DNA of 64,000 nt, taken from NCBI RefSeq assembly GCF_009914755.1, contig NC_060947.1; one strand, given 5' to 3'. This DNA is from the human T2T-CHM13v2.0 reference genome, Homo sapiens. Shown here in pieces: positions 16,225 through 41,244 of the stretch; the stretch's first letter is position 1; each line of letters begins with the position of its first letter. The notes beneath the pieces are model-generated. The model was not told where the DNA came from. It worked only from the letters and a program-made list of their open reading frames with translations, and ran no database searches. Both the position numbers and the translations under genes were made by a program.

Positions 16225-16513
16225 GTTTTCTTAAGGCAATTTGGTAATGTGTTTCAAAAGACTCATATTCATAGTATTTGACAAACATGTCCAGGTACAG
16301 AAATTTATTTTAAGGAAAGAAGTGGACAAATTTGCAAATATGTATGTAATGAATGTGCAAAGATGCTAATTACAGTGTGGTTTATAACATCGAAATATTG
16401 ACAAATCAGAAAAAATAACCATCCAACAACAATTAGTTATAGTATAACCACATAATAGACTACCATGTAGCATTAAAAATAAGTACCTAGAGCTGGAAAT
16501 ACGTTCAGGTTAC

Positions 16514-16890
<377 letters not shown>

Positions 16891-16919
16891 TAAATATGCC
16901 TAGAAAAAAGCCTAGATGA

Positions 16920-17326
<407 letters not shown>

Positions 17327-17615
17327 TAGAACCTTTTTTATTTTGAAAGAAAAATCTGCCTGAATTTGAAGACTACATATCTCCCTTACCACTTATTCTT
17401 TCCATGCTTCAAATATACTTTCTTTCTTTTCCTTTTCCACATATTCATTCGTGTTCTTTTATAAGCATGGAGCTACTTTACTTACAATATCAAGGAAAGT
17501 ACTTCTCAAAACAATTTATCTCATGGTAGCATTCAGTGCCACTCTAGAACCTACCAAAGCAACTACTAAACACTTGTTTGGTTTCTATTTAGCCTAATTG
17601 CATTTCCCTCCCATG

Positions 17616-17920
17616 TTGTTTGGTTGGTTTGTTTGTTTGTTTTGAGACGGAGTCTCGCTCTGTCGCCCAGGCTGAGGTGCAATGGTGCAATCTGAGCTAA
17701 CTGCAACTGTGCTTCCCAGGTTCAAGCGATTCTCCTGCCTCAGCCTCCTGAGTAGCTGGGATTACAGGCACCCACCACTCCTGGATAATTTTTGTGTTTT
17801 TAGTAGATGCGGGGTTTCGCCATGTTGGCCAGGCTGGTCTCCAATTCCTGACCTCAGGTGATCGGCCCGCCTCGACCTCCCAAATTGTTGGGATTACAGG
17901 TGTGAGCCACAGCACCTAAC
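17616..17920 (-). mobile_element. AluS
   Basis: Antisense Alu dimer with a (TTTG)n tail. Confidence 0.95.
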
Positions 17921-18019
17921 CCCATATTCTTTTTATGTATGTGTGACCTTCAAATGATTTTTACCCATTCTTGGTCAAGTGTCCCTTAACAGGAAAAAAA
18001 GAAAAGATCTTCCCAATCT

Positions 18020-18775
18020 TCCTTCTGTTCATTTTAACAAAATGTATTGATAATCTGCTACCTTCTGGTCGCTGGGGACATACCACCATCAGTACACCAT
18101 ACACTAGAAGACCCTTCCCTATGGCAAGAAAGACATTGAAAAGATACTTTTAAATGTAATGAACATTACAAAGGAGACATAAGGGTACAATGGCAAGTAT
18201 GTAAAAGGAACATTTAACCAGAAGAAGCTGCCATTTTTTTAGCTGAGATCTGAAGACGGAATGATGGTTCCGGATGAGAGGAAGATGAGAGATGAACCCT
18301 GGGAGAGGGAATAACTTGTACAAATTCCATGGGATGAGAGAAGGGAAACTGGGGAACTGAAAGAATAGCTTAGTTTCTCTAGCAAATATTCTATTTTATT
18401 TTCTCTATAGCACTCATCAGAAAGGAATTTGTCTTGTTATTTGTTCATTTTGTTTGTTGATTTTATTTATATGTTTATAGTCTATCAGTGTTTCTGCTGG
18501 CCCGCCCCCACTTCTGGCCAGCGTAAGCTCCGTGAGAACTGAGGCTTTGCCCCACCCCCTCTCAGCAGTATTTTCCCAGCCTAAAATACCTAAAAGGCAC
18601 TCAATCAATATTTCTTCAACTAATCAACGAATTAGCTTGTAGTTCATATTAGACATTTTGGATCTTATCCTAAGAGCAATGAGAAGTTGTTAAAGGGTTT
18701 TTAAAAGAAAACCCATATGATCTGATTCGATTGTTTTTTAAAATAAAAAAAGATCTTCTTGGCTGCTATGTGTTT
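18020..18775. mobile_element. L2 fragments
   Basis: L2 3'-end-like segments (aaggcactcaatcaatatttcttcaactaatcaacgaat; atcctaagagcaatgagaag). Confidence 0.55.
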
Positions 18776-18842
18776 GAAACTGTTTTACTTTATAGTCAAT
18801 ACGGTCACTGTTTTAAGATTACAATACTTCTTTAAGAAACTC

Positions 18843-19223
<381 letters not shown>

Positions 19224-20869
19224 TAGGGAGCTTTTTAAATCTTTTGAATAAGAATCACTGGGAAAACAATTTAACAAGAAAACCAATGTCTTTCTCTTAG
19301 TGCTTCCATTTTGCCAAAGTTTGCACCTTTAGGAGTTCACAATAAAATTCAAGATATGAATGGATTATAAGCGTTTGCTTCAGTTTGCCCTGAGGAGGGG
19401 AATAGCAAGATGGAAAGAGACAAGTGAAAGATAATCAGTGATTTATTAATTTATTCATTCAGTTAAGTCACCCATTCAATAGATACTTATTTTGTCCCAA
19501 TACTCTGTGCTAGGCTCTGGAGTTGTGATGTCTGCCCTGAACATGCTCACAAACCAGGAGAACAGTGGCATCCTAGTAGGATGTAATTTCATCTAGTCAT
19601 TTTGTAAACGTATGTGAAAGCTAAAGTTGATGTGTTGCTTTCATTGCAGGGGCCCAGGTATCACTCTTTAGGAAGTCACTTTAGGAGGTTTGTACTTGTT
19701 GAATGTCAGAGATCTTAAAAATAAATCAATGTTTAAAGAATATAGCATGCAAATCTTAAGAATAAAGCCCTTTTATTCCTTAACATCTGTAGAAGGTATT
19801 TTGAACCCAAAAGCCTTAAAACAGCATCGTATATATTCATTTTATGGTAGTAGAAAAGATTACAGTTGCCTTTGTTTCTAGCAGCACAATGTCTTGTTTA
19901 TATTGGCATTGTTGTTGAAAACCTTCTAGTTTCTCTAAAGCTCAATGTATCTCTTTGAAAAGGTATATTATGATGCATATTATTCCTCCCACAAATGCCC
20001 TGTAACTTAATTAACTGAGGTTATTTCCCATTAAAGTATATTCTAGAAATAGGAAATGTTATCGCAAATATTCAAATATAGTAGAAATAAAATATGTAGC
20101 CATACCTGGTTAATTATGTTAGTATCGGGGAACTCGAAGCAGATTTACTGTCATGTCTTTTTTTCCTCCAGCTCTTAAAGCGGTAGTGAAAGGCTTGTCT
20201 TTACATTCTGTGCTTTCTGGGAATATAAAAGTAACTTGCCCAGTGAAGCAATATCAAGTGCCTTACATATCCAAACATAAATGTTTCAGATGCACTGGTT
20301 TAGAAAGCACAGGGTAGTTTTCCAACTCATGCCAAAGCAACTAGAAAGTAAGCTTTCTAGAACAAATTAAGAGGAGTATAATAGGGAGAAGACAAAAGGC
20401 TTGGATTTAGATAATATATACTCACTTTATCTCCAATTTGTAATACATTTTAATAAATAGGTTCCTTGCCATTTAATTATTTAAATTGTGAAGAATAAAA
20501 GGTTTACAGTAGACTAGGTTGATTATGCACTGCCTCTGACACCAAACAACTGCACACCAAGTTTCTCTTTGCCAAAGACAAGGTGACTCCATCCCTGCTT
20601 CTTATCTTGATTCTCCTCAGTCACCATAAAAAACTCAAGTCCATCTGGTCCCACACCCACCTAAACTTCCATTTTCATAGAGGTCAGCTTCCACTTTCAT
20701 CTCCACTTACATTGTTCCTTACCCTCTCACCAATTTCCACTGAGCCCTCTGGAACAGTGCATTCAATACTAATACATTCTCCAGCTTTCTTAGTCCCTTG
20801 GTAGAGAGCTTCTCCTTCTCAGCACTTTGACTGAAAAGTGCCAGCTTCCAAAAAACTTCCTCTCCCCCA

Positions 20870-21020
20870 AGAACTCATCTGGTGCTTAATTAAAATATAG
20901 ATTCCAGGCCCCATTCTAGGATTCTGATTTAGACATTTTTGGGTGGAATTCAGGCATCTTCATTTTAAATAAACTCCCCAGAAAATTCAGATGCAGGCTA
21001 TCTGCAGAGAAGTGTTTGGA
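20870..21020. mobile_element. MER5-type hAT fragment
   Basis: agattccaggcccc...gattctgatttag...gcatcttcattttaaataaactcccca. Confidence 0.65.
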
Positions 21021-21039
21021 AGATGGATATACTTAAATC

Positions 21040-21260
21040 AATAATAGCTACCATTTATCATGGCCCTACTATGTGCCAGAAATAGGCACACTATCTCATT
21101 TACTTCTCACCAATAAACCTTGTAAGATGTTATGAACATTTTATAGGTGAGGAAAATGAAGCCTAAAGCAGTGAGAAACAACAGGAAAAAACAAAATTTA
21201 TCTGCGATCACACAACTAGTAAATAAAGGAGATAGGTTTGGACTCTAAGTGCATGCTGCA
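21040..21260. mobile_element. MIR
   Basis: aatagctaccatttatcatggccctactatgtgccag ... cattttataggtgaggaaaatgaagcct. Confidence 0.75.
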
Positions 21261-21453
21261 TGTAACAACCCAGGTCTCCTAGCTCCTAACCAGGTCTCAA
21301 ATGAATCATAAATCTAAAAAATGTTTTCTTAAAGATTATTTAATAGATGAAGTGGCTCTGCTGGCAATTTCTTTCCTCAGAAGTTCTATCTGTATACCTT
21401 ATACTAATGATCTTGAATGGGCATGGTTTTTTGTTTGTTTGATTGCTTTGGTG

Positions 21454-21756
<303 letters not shown>

Positions 21757-22009
21757 TCACCTATTTATTTGGCTAGGTTCATTACTTTTTTCTTTTTGGC
21801 AAAACAAGAGCACTTGGAAATATTTAGAAAAAGGATGCAGTGTCTGACTTCGGGAAAGCACTGGCAGTGCTGCACTACATATTTTCAAGCACTCTAGATA
21901 ATCCAGCTGTGAGAAAATGGCTATCAGTCTTCTACAACTCTTAGTTCAAGGATAAAATATGCTATTTAAAAATACACCTTACTACCTACATAAATGGTAA
22001 TAAGTAGTT

Positions 22010-22240
22010 AATAAAAATAGTATTTATTGTACATTTAAAATGTGTCAGCCTCTGTACTAAGTATCTTACTTAAGGCTCGCGATAAACCTGTGGCATAAGT
22101 ATTATTATACCCATATTACAGCTGGGAAAATTAAAGTTTAAAGTAACTTTAGCAATGTAATACAGCTAGTAAGTGGAAGACCCAGGGATTCAAACTGAGT
22201 CTGTCTGACTTTAGAGTTCAGACCATGTGTTTAAGTACTT
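22010..22240. mobile_element. MIR
   Basis: MIR core and the gggattcaaactgagtctgtctgact end. Confidence 0.7.
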
Positions 22241-23358
22241 TATCTACTTCTACAAACCAGCCTCTCAGGAAAATAGCACACCTTAGACAGAAAAAGAACT
22301 GCAAGTGGCTTATTAAAGAGACACACCCACGTGACCCAGAATAGGCAGTGGAATTGAGTATTTTTACTTTAGATGCTTTTGTATTCCCCACAGAGCACTG
22401 GGCCAACAGATGCATTTGTTTCTCAAATGTTAAGTGCCTATCTCCCTTATAGCCCTTTCAAATTTATAGTGGCTGACCTGCATTGGTCTGATCACTGAAC
22501 AGAGAAAAAGAAATACTTCATGCTCCTTTTCACTCAATGCACTATCTTCTCCATCATGGTCTCTCAGTTACTCCCATACTGGAAGGCACACTTGCACTTT
22601 TGAAGGAAGGATTATTGCTTGAATCTGCCTGACTTTGAACACCTAAAAAGTCTTCTTTTTAGATAGAATTCAGTCTATTTTTCAAAGAGCAAAGAGTGAG
22701 GAGTTTCTCTGACTCAGAATGCCACAGTCCTGGATTACTGTTCAGTTTTTTTAAAATCTTCTACAAAAAGATACACAGTAATAAAAATATCATCATAGTA
22801 AGGCACATAACTAAATCTCCTACTCTTTTCTTTGGTCTAGAACTTGATTCAGCAAGAAGCCTAGAGTCATAAATAGAACATCAGACTTAGGCAGCAGCAT
22901 AGATAGATTGGTCATTTTCCATTCATGTGGAATTGAAATTGTACTGCTTGACATACTGCCCACTGAACAAATGCATTATAAGCCAATACAAAACGAGGTG
23001 GGGGACCTAAGAGACACCAATATAGTTAATATTAGCTCTGACCCTAAACAAATTTGTCAGATAGACAAAACCTATTTTGGTTGTCTTTTCAGCATCCCTC
23101 CCCCAACTAGACTTTCAAGCATCTACCCCAGGAATCTCATTGTCAGTGTTTACCCAACTTTAATTATTCTTAGCTATGTTTAAGACTTTTGTTATATCTT
23201 GTTCTTGATTTTTAGAAAAGGACTTACCTATTAAAATGTAAATATATTAATTAAAGTGATATTTTATATCACTATTACAAATGGAAAACCAGTATCACTT
23301 GCCATAAATGGATGATAGTCAAAAAATCAATACATAATTATTAAAATACAGAATGTTT

Positions 23359-23641
<283 letters not shown>

Positions 23642-23984
23642 TCATCTGAATATTACCGAAGACGTGCTGAATAACAAGCAAGGAAAACTCTTTTGGATTG
23701 ACTTTCCTGGCCTGGAACTCATTCCTGTCCAGAAGTTACTACATTATGTTTCTTCCTTCCCTTCCAAAGTAAGCTAGTTCTGTAGTTTTTCCTCTTAGGG
23801 TTTAAGTCTCCTTAGTGGCCTAGTTGAAAGTGTTCATTAGCACAGATTGGATAAACCAATTTCCAGTTTAGGAGAGAAGATTGGAGGAGACTCCAGGTAA
23901 TACATATGGGTTTTAACTCTTGCATGCTTGAGATACTTGCTGCCTTTTGTTCTTGAAACCAGTGACCTCTAAAGCTCCAAATCA

Positions 23985-24095
23985 CTGGTACCAGAGCAAG
24001 TCTGATTCAGTAGGTCTGGGGTGGAGTCAAGATATCTGTATTTAAAAAAATAGTAATTTGAATGTGCAACCTGTTTGGGAACTTTGGTATAACCT
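23985..24095. mobile_element. MER5A fragment
   Basis: tctgattcagtaggtctggggtggagtcaagatatctgtattt. Confidence 0.7.
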
Positions 24096-24509
24096 AAAGG
24101 GAGGCCTTCTGGGAGCCATAGCAGTTTGGCAGGGAAGACATTTTTTGGTGGGAGTGCTTGATAACAAATCACACTCTAGGCAGTTACACATTGTAGGCAA
24201 GGTTAGTTCTGTGAACTTGAGTGCCTAGAGAAGAACTTAATTGGGAGCAAACATGATATACTATTATTATTTTAAGAGAATGTCAAAGAAGTAGTGCTAG
24301 ATACAGGAATGAATAGATAGTGGGGCGGGGATAGAAACTCAAATCATACACAAATATTCCAAGTACATATCTGATAAAGATGGCATTTCAAATCAACTGA
24401 ATAATAGATTACTTTTTAATCAGTGATGTTGAGGCAATTAATTAACGTTGAACAACAAAAGTCCAAAAATAGTATCCATACGGATAAAGCCATGTTATGT
24501 AAAAAATGT

Positions 24510-24806
<297 letters not shown>

Positions 24807-24815
24807 CCTCCTCCT

Positions 24816-25200
24816 GACACAAACAAATGGAAGAAAATTCCATGCTCATGGATAGGAAGAATCAATATCATGAAAATGGCCATGCCACCCAAAGTAATTT
24901 ATAGATCCAATGCCATCCCCATCAAGCTACCAATGACTTTCTTCACAGAATTGGAAACAACTACTTTAAAGTTCATATGGAACCAAAAAAGAGCCCGCAT
25001 TGCCAAGTCAGTCCTAAGCAAAAAGAACAAAGCTGGAGGCGTCACACTACCTGACTTCAAACTATTCTACAAGGCTACAGCAACCAAAACAGCATGGTAC
25101 TGGTACCAAAACAGAGATGTAGATCAATGGAACAGAACAGAGACCTCAGAAGTAACACCACACATCTACAACCATCTGATCTTTGACAAACCTGAAAAAA
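24816..25200 (+). mobile_element. Internal L1PA ORF2 fragment lacking 3' UTR and poly(A)
   Basis: Translates as [18 protein letters not shown]...YNHLIFDKP, open for ~128 codons. Confidence 0.92.
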
Positions 25201-25981
25201 ATGTGCATGTCAAAATGTACAAATATTATATATCAATACAAATAAAATAAAATAAATGTGTATGCCCTTTTTCTTAGGAATTCTACGTTTGGGAACTTAT
25301 CTTGAAAAATAATCACATAAATGCACAAAGCTGTGTAGATAAGACTGCTCATCAAAACATTGTTGTTAATAATAATGCAAAACCAGAAACAATCTAAATA
25401 TTCAAAAGTTCAGTATTGTTTACATAACTTATGGCACAATTGTATAGTGAAATGTATTACAGAAATGAAATATGACTAAGCCTGCCTATATTTATTGATT
25501 ATTTATCGATATGGAAAGATATTTATGATATGTTGTAATATGACAATATAGATTACCAAATATAGTATGCTCCTATTTTAAGTATGTATAATAATACATA
25601 TGAAGAGAAAAAAGTCTGAACAGATATTCACCAAAATATTAATAGTGTTTATCTCTGAATCATGTGGTTAAAGGTAACATTCATTTTTCTAAATATTTTT
25701 TGCCATTTTCTGAAAAAATTACAAGCATGAATTATTTTTATAATCATAAGCAATAAAAACATTTATATTTTTTGTGTTTGTACAGAGGTCAATAAAAATT
25801 TAAAAAGCCATTTCTAGTTTTGTTCATACCTTTAGCTTAGCAGTTCCAATTTTAGGAATTTTTCCTAAAGAAAGAATCAGGGATATGCACATGCACAAAA
25901 ATAACACTAAAGGAGTTTTCATTGTGGAGCTATTTATAATAGCAAAAAGCTGCAACACCCTAACATTCTTCAATAATTACG

Positions 25982-25986
<5 letters not shown>

Positions 25987-26018
<32 letters not shown>
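25987..26018 (+). repeat. (TG)n microsatellite at an Alu tail
   Basis: About 16 TG units. Confidence 0.95.
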
Positions 26019-26021
<3 letters not shown>

Positions 26022-26035
26022 TGTGTATGTGTGTA

Positions 26036-26319
<284 letters not shown>

Positions 26320-29300
26320 CTCTGTTTTTCAAAGATTTTAAAAACCACCTTAACCATTTTTAAGTGAACAGTTTGGTAGTATTAAGTATATTCACATTGT
26401 TGTGTATTAGAGCATTTGTTAATAAATTGTCACATATTTTATGATTAAATATTATAGTATCATTAAATATTTTATAAGTTTAATGACATGGAAAATGTTT
26501 ATGACACATTGTCAAATGAAAAAGTCAGTTTGTAAAATAGTATGAGTCCAATTTCGTTTTAAAGACATTTTATGAACATAGAAAAAACAAGTCTGAAGGA
26601 TGTATATTTAAACGTTAATACAGTATATATTTCTGGGCACTGGCATTGCAGGTGATTATTTTCCAAAGTTTTTGTAAGAAACATGCATTACTTTTGTACT
26701 CACGAGAAAAAAAAAGTGTTACAAAAGACAGAGAGGCTTTTATCTCTAGAGTAATCAATTTTTGTTCATCTTCCTATGCATCACAAATTGTCCATCAGAC
26801 CATAACTATCATGTGGGCAGAGATTAGGTGTTTTTTTTTTAATTTCCCCTGGTACTTCCTGCCACATAGTGTTCTGCATTCAATAAATGTTGACTAACTG
26901 CATTCGTGCATATGCATACGTATAAGCCTATGTACCTATGTGGGCATGCATATTTAAATATACCAACTGCTTTCTCATCAGTAATGAGAAAAAAAATGAA
27001 AGGCAGGGTTTTGAAAAGTGCCATGGGCCTTTTGCCATATGTTGAGAAAGGAACAGTGCTCTGTACTTGCCAAGGCTAAGGGTACAGAGTAATCATTAAA
27101 TATTTGGGGTCATACCAATCAAGTTTGTCCATTTCAGCCGAAGCAATTATTTTCTTGGGTTGTCTCCTTTGGGTGAGATTGGGTCCACCTTTTTTGTGGT
27201 TCTACTAATTAGCCTGTCTGGGCACTCTACTGAAAATGTTTAAACAAAAAGTCCCATACCACTGCAACTGGGCTATGTGCTGTCTCTGCCTACTCTGGGC
27301 TCCTTGTCACAGTCAGTGTCAAATCAGCTGCAGTAACAAGAACCTTTTTCCGTTGGGAGTCTGGCAAGCAGGACAGGTTAGCAGGTCTTTAGTCACATTT
27401 CATTTGTCAACTCCAGAACTCTATACTCTGATCAAAACCGAGATTGGAGTACAAAGTTTGTACTTCAGAATATCAGCAGGTGCCCAAGGGAGAATGAGTG
27501 TTAAAATCCCTCAAATCACTAAATTATTAAAAAGCACTTGAACAGGCTCTTCAGAATCAGACAGCAGAGCTCAAAGATTTACACATTTGATAACTGAAAT
27601 AGGAGGACAGGATAAAGACTCAATTTGAGCCCTTGATGATTTGATTTTTTTAAATAGTTATGGTTGTGAAAGGAAGGCATGAAAAGTGGAAGATATTTTA
27701 AAGGCAGATTATGGCTTATCCTTAATTATAGCTGCAGCTGAGCTGAGGAGTTGGGTTGGGGCTTAATCATGACTCTGGCCTCCCCTCAGAGACACAGCAG
27801 GTAACTGGGTAAGGCTTCTTTTGCTTCCTTAAAGCCTCTGATAGAGAATTATTGATTCTGAAATCTCCTGTAGGAAATTTCCACACAATAAAGTGGGGAG
27901 TTTAGAAATCTGGGCAGATTGACCAACTGTGAATTTATACTGCCTCATTATGTTAACCCATTGGAGGCTGTATCTGGGGACACGCTAATGCCACTATCTT
28001 CTTACATATTTATTGAGCTGTTGAGGTATAAAATGTCACCATTAAAATCCAAAGCGCTGTGCAGCAAACCTTGGCTTAGTATTCCCTTTGCTCATCAGCA
28101 AACCCTGTTAATCTTCCACACCAAAATCCTGGCAGCAGGATCCCCAATATCAGCAAAGATTTAATGGCATAGAGCACTAGTGAGGTCTTTTGTGACTCAA
28201 ATTTATTCCTTTATCAAATTAACCAGAAAGTGTTGTTTGTAAATAATTAAAACTCTTAAAAACCCTAATCTACTTTGAGGCCCCTCAACCACATCAGATC
28301 TTACATTGGGAATGCTATCTGCTAAAAATCCTATACTTTGCATTTTCTAGGGAGATGCAGGGGCTACCCTAGTTATGAAGGAAATGTGCAGACTAGCACA
28401 AGAGTAAGTGAGAATTCTAGGATTTCTAAGCAATACAGTTACTAAAAAACAACTTTCCTGGTCCAAAAGCTGGTGGCTCCACTTATACCCTTGTCCTGTG
28501 AATTTCCTATGCTATTGGTGAAGACTGTGCCCTTATGGAATATACTCAGAGCCTCTAATCTATTGACTTTATCCTCCATCTCACCCTGGCATATTAGGCA
28601 CTAAATATATATTCATTTGTTAGATGAATGAATATTTGAATCAAGAAAGATGGTCTTTTTCAGTGCCTGCTAGTGTTAAGCTGAGTACTATATAAGTGAG
28701 TTTTCCAAATGTAGTCCATCTTAAAATGTGTGGCCAACTATAGAGACTAGATCCTTGAATAAGGGATTGTCTAGAAATGACCACTGAGCATCTGAGCATC
28801 TACCCAAGCACCTTGCCATGTTTATTATTGTTCCTTACTTGTAAATAAAAATGATAAATTACCCATGAAGGAAGAATACTTCCTTACTTTTATTTTCTGA
28901 TCTACATAAAACTTCAAAGTAAAAGGAATTATATTATTTCTCATTCTGCATATTGCACTTAGTGGAGTAGACACAAAATGATCATTTAAGGGATAAGTCA
29001 GGTAAATGATGGTCAGGATTGCTAGAGACATGGAAATGTCATATGGACCAGAGCTTTTAAATTGACCTGGAAAACTTACAGTGTTTTCTGCTTTTTAAGA
29101 TTTCAGAGATGCAAACTCCCTCAATTATTTGGCCCAGTGTAAAATTCTTTCTTACATCTAAGTTCCAAAACTCATGGGCTCAAGAGGCAGGGACTGTAGT
29201 CCCAGCTCCACAAATATATGACTCTAGATTCAAAATAGTTTCTATATCTAAACACAGAAGTGGCAAAGATAGATAAATCATGAAAAAGAAAGGAATCTTC

Positions 29301-29498
29301 ACTCTGAAATTCGGCAGTGTTAGCTCTTTCTAGGATATTAGTTCTAGATATTTTCTTTAGCAGCTCAGCTTGTAGGCTAAGCCACTAACATAGCCACTCT
29401 TTGTTCCTTATCCTATGACCTTTTTGAAGAGTTAGACATTTGGCTTTTGTAGTTCTTGAAATCTATACATTGGCTACTTTTATTGCCTTCTGGATGAA

Positions 29499-29676
29499 TT
29501 TTTTTTTTTGAGATGGAGACTCACTCTGTTGCCCAGGCTGGAGTGCAGTGGCACGATCTTGGCTTACTGCAACCTCTGCCTCCTGGGTTCAAGCAGTTCT
29601 GAACTCCTGACCTTGTGATCCACCCGCCTCAGCCTCCCGAAGTGCTGGGATTACAGGCATGAACCACCGCGCCTGG
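29499..29676 (-). mobile_element. Alu with a central deletion (monomer-length hybrid)
   Basis: gggttcaagcagttct|gaactcctgacc junction, TSD tggatgaatt. Confidence 0.9.
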
Positions 29677-29699
29677 CTGGATGAATTATTTTATATTCT

Positions 29700-31110
<1,411 letters not shown>

Positions 31111-31111
31111 C

Positions 31112-31510
31112 TGTTATGGTTTAAATGTGTCCCCAAAGTTCATGTGTTGGAAACTTAATTCCCAGTGCAGCAGTGTTGGTAGGTGGGACCGTTTAGAAGT
31201 GATTAGGACATGAAGGCTCTATCCTTGTGAATGGATTCATGTTATCGTGAGAGTGAGCTCATATTGCAAGAGTGAGTTTGTTAAAAAAGCAAGTTTGTCC
31301 TCCTCTTCTGCTTGTTCTCTCTCTTCTCTCTTGCATAAGCGTGCTCTCTTTCTCTTCCACCTTCTGCCATGGGATGATGCAGCAAGAAGGCCCTCACCAG
31401 ATGGGGGCCCATTGACCTTGGACTTCATACATCCAGAACTGTAAGAAAGAATTCTCTGTGCTTTATAAATTACCCAGTTTTAGGTATTCTGTTACAGCAG
31501 CACAAAGCAG
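31112..31510 (+). mobile_element. MaLR LTR (MSTC/MSTD-like)
   Basis: tgttatggtttaaatgtgtcccc start; gcaagaaggccctcaccagatg ... ctttataaattacccagt ... tattctgttacagcagcacaaa end. Confidence 0.8.
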
Positions 31511-31589
31511 TTACCTTTCACTTTTAGTTTTCTAATCCATGTGTTGTCCATGTTTGTATGTAATTTTTTCTTAGGAACTTAGCTTTTAT

Positions 31590-32670
31590 TTTAAAATATT
31601 TTTTATTCATTGTAATAGTACAGGGTACACTTGATAATTTAATATATTCATATAATTTATAAACATAAAATCAGTGTACTTGGGAGAGCCATCACCTTAA
31701 ATATTTGTCTTTCCTTTATGTTAAAAACATCTGAATTATTCTCTTCTAGCTATTTTGAAATGTACAATAGATTATTGTAAACTATAGTCACTCTACTGAT
31801 CTATTGAACACTAAATCTTATTCCTTCCATCTAACTGTATATTTGTACCCATTAATCAACTTCTCTTCACCTCTGTGGTTACCAGAGGAACCAGGAACCA
31901 CCAGGTTAACCAGAAACCTGGAACCACTTCTGGTAACCACCAATCTACTCTCTATCTTCACGAGATCCACTTTTTTACCCCCCACATATGAATAAGAGCA
32001 TGCAATATTTGTCTTTCTGTGCTTGGCTTATTTCACTTAACATAATGACTTCCAGTTCCATCTATGTTGCTGCAAGTGACAGGATTTCATCTTTTTATGG
32101 CTAAACGATATTCCATTGTGTACATATACCGCATTTTCTTTATCCATTCATCTGTTTATAGGCACTTTGTTTGATTCCATATTTTAGCTCTTGTGAATAG
32201 TGCTGCAATAAAGAGGGGAGTACAGATGTCTCTTCAATATATTTGATTTCCTTTCTTTTGGATATATACCCAGTAGTGGAATTGCTGGATCATATGGCAG
32301 TTCTATTTTTAGTTTTTTTGAGGAACACCCATACTGTTCTTCATAGTAGCTGTACTAATTTATATTCCCAGCAACAGTGTACCAGTGTTTCCCTTCCTCC
32401 ACATCCTTACCTGCATCTGCTACCGCATGTCTTTTTGATAAAAGCCATTTTTAACTGTGGTGAGATGATATCTCACTGTGGTTTTGACTTATATTTCCCT
32501 GATTATTAGAGACATTAAGCATTTTTTCATATATCTGTTGGCCATTTGCACGTCTTCTTTTCAGAAATGGCTATTCAGATCTTTTGAGCATTTCAGATTG
32601 TATTATTATTATTATTTTTGGCTATAGAGTTGTTTGAGCTTCTTGTATATTCCAGTTATTAATCCCTTGT
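31590..32670 (-). mobile_element. L1MA (MA4-MA6-like) 3' end
   Basis: L1MA-type 3' UTR followed by the antisense ORF2 C-terminus. Confidence 0.8.
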
Positions 32671-32799
32671 CAATTTTGTTTTCTTCATATTGTACAAATC
32701 AATTTTATATGCATTAATTAAGCTGCTATATACCCATGAGAGGGTATAAATAATACATATTTTATACATATGTACACACATATATATAAAGTTTGATAA

Positions 32800-33518
32800 G
32801 TTTTGACATATGCTTGAGGTTGAGCTTTTTGGAAAAAAAAGTTTTGACATATGTATACTTCCATAAAATCTCTAAATCAAGATAAGGAATATATCCATCA
32901 CTCCAAAGTTTCCTCATACTGTTGTTTAATTCCTGCCTCACAACCCTCTTTAATTTCCAACCCCCATCTCCACATCCCCTGTCCATAGGCAACTACTGTC
33001 AAAATTTTAGATTATTTTACATTTTTGAGAGTTTTATATAAATGGAATCAAACATTATGTACTGTTTTCCTGGCTTGTTTTGCTCAGCATAATTACTTTG
33101 AGATTCATCTATGTTTCAGTGTGTAAAAATAGTCTGTTCCTTTTTATTCGTAAGTAGTATTCCATTATATACATATATCACATTTTGTTAATCCATGAAT
33201 CTGTTAACAGACATTTGGATTGTTTTTACTTTCTGGCTATTATTAATAATGCTGCTATAAATCTTTATGTATATGTCTTTATATAAACATATGTTTCCTG
33301 TTCCCTTAGGTAAAAATCTAGGAGTGAAATGGTTGGATCATATGGTAGATATATGTTTTACCTTTCTAAGAAACTACCAAACTGTTTTCCAAAATGATTA
33401 TACCAGTTCACATTTCCACTAGCAGCATGTAAGAGTTCTAGATGCTCCACATCCTTACCAGCACTTAATATGATCATTTTTTGTTTTAGCTATTTATTTA
33501 TGTATTGGATTTAAATGG
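32800..33518 (-). mobile_element. Old L1M (L1MC/MD-like) fragment, host of the MLT1 insertion
   Basis: Antisense L1 3' motifs. It appears to resume briefly at ~41223. Confidence 0.65.
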
Positions 33519-33575
33519 TGTGTTAGTTTTCCATTGTTGTATAGGGATTAGTGACTTAAAACAAAAATTTATCGG

Positions 33576-33879
<304 letters not shown>

Positions 33880-33917
33880 TTATCTTACACTTCTGGAAAT
33901 CAGAAGTACAAAATGAG

Positions 33918-40814
<6,897 letters not shown>

Positions 40815-41244
40815 AGAAGTACATAATGAGTCCTAGGGGGCTAAAATCAAGGTGTTGGCAGGACTGCATTCCTTCTGAAGGCTTTAGTGGAGACTGCTTG
40901 CTGACTATTCCATCTTGTAGAAGCCACGTACATTCCCTGGTTCATGCATAGCCTCTTCCTCCACCTTCAAATAACATCTTTGCAACCTATGGTTTCTGTT
41001 GTCACATCCCCTTTTGATTCTGGTACTCTTGCTTCCCTCTTAACGGACCCCGGTGAATATATTGGGCCTATCCAGAAAATCCAGGATAACCTCCCCAGCT
41101 CAAGATCCTTAAATGTAATCACACCTGGAAAACCCCCTTTACAATGTAAGCTAACATATTCACAGGTTCCAGAGATTAGGATGTACACATCTTGAAGGGG
41201 GAGAATTATTCAACCTATCACAATTGATATTTCATTGTGTGTTT

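Noticed and set aside
26905-26924. 20-bp alternating purine-pyrimidine run with short palindromes
   Set aside because: AT-rich and short, so weak Z-DNA potential. Likely a decayed microsatellite.
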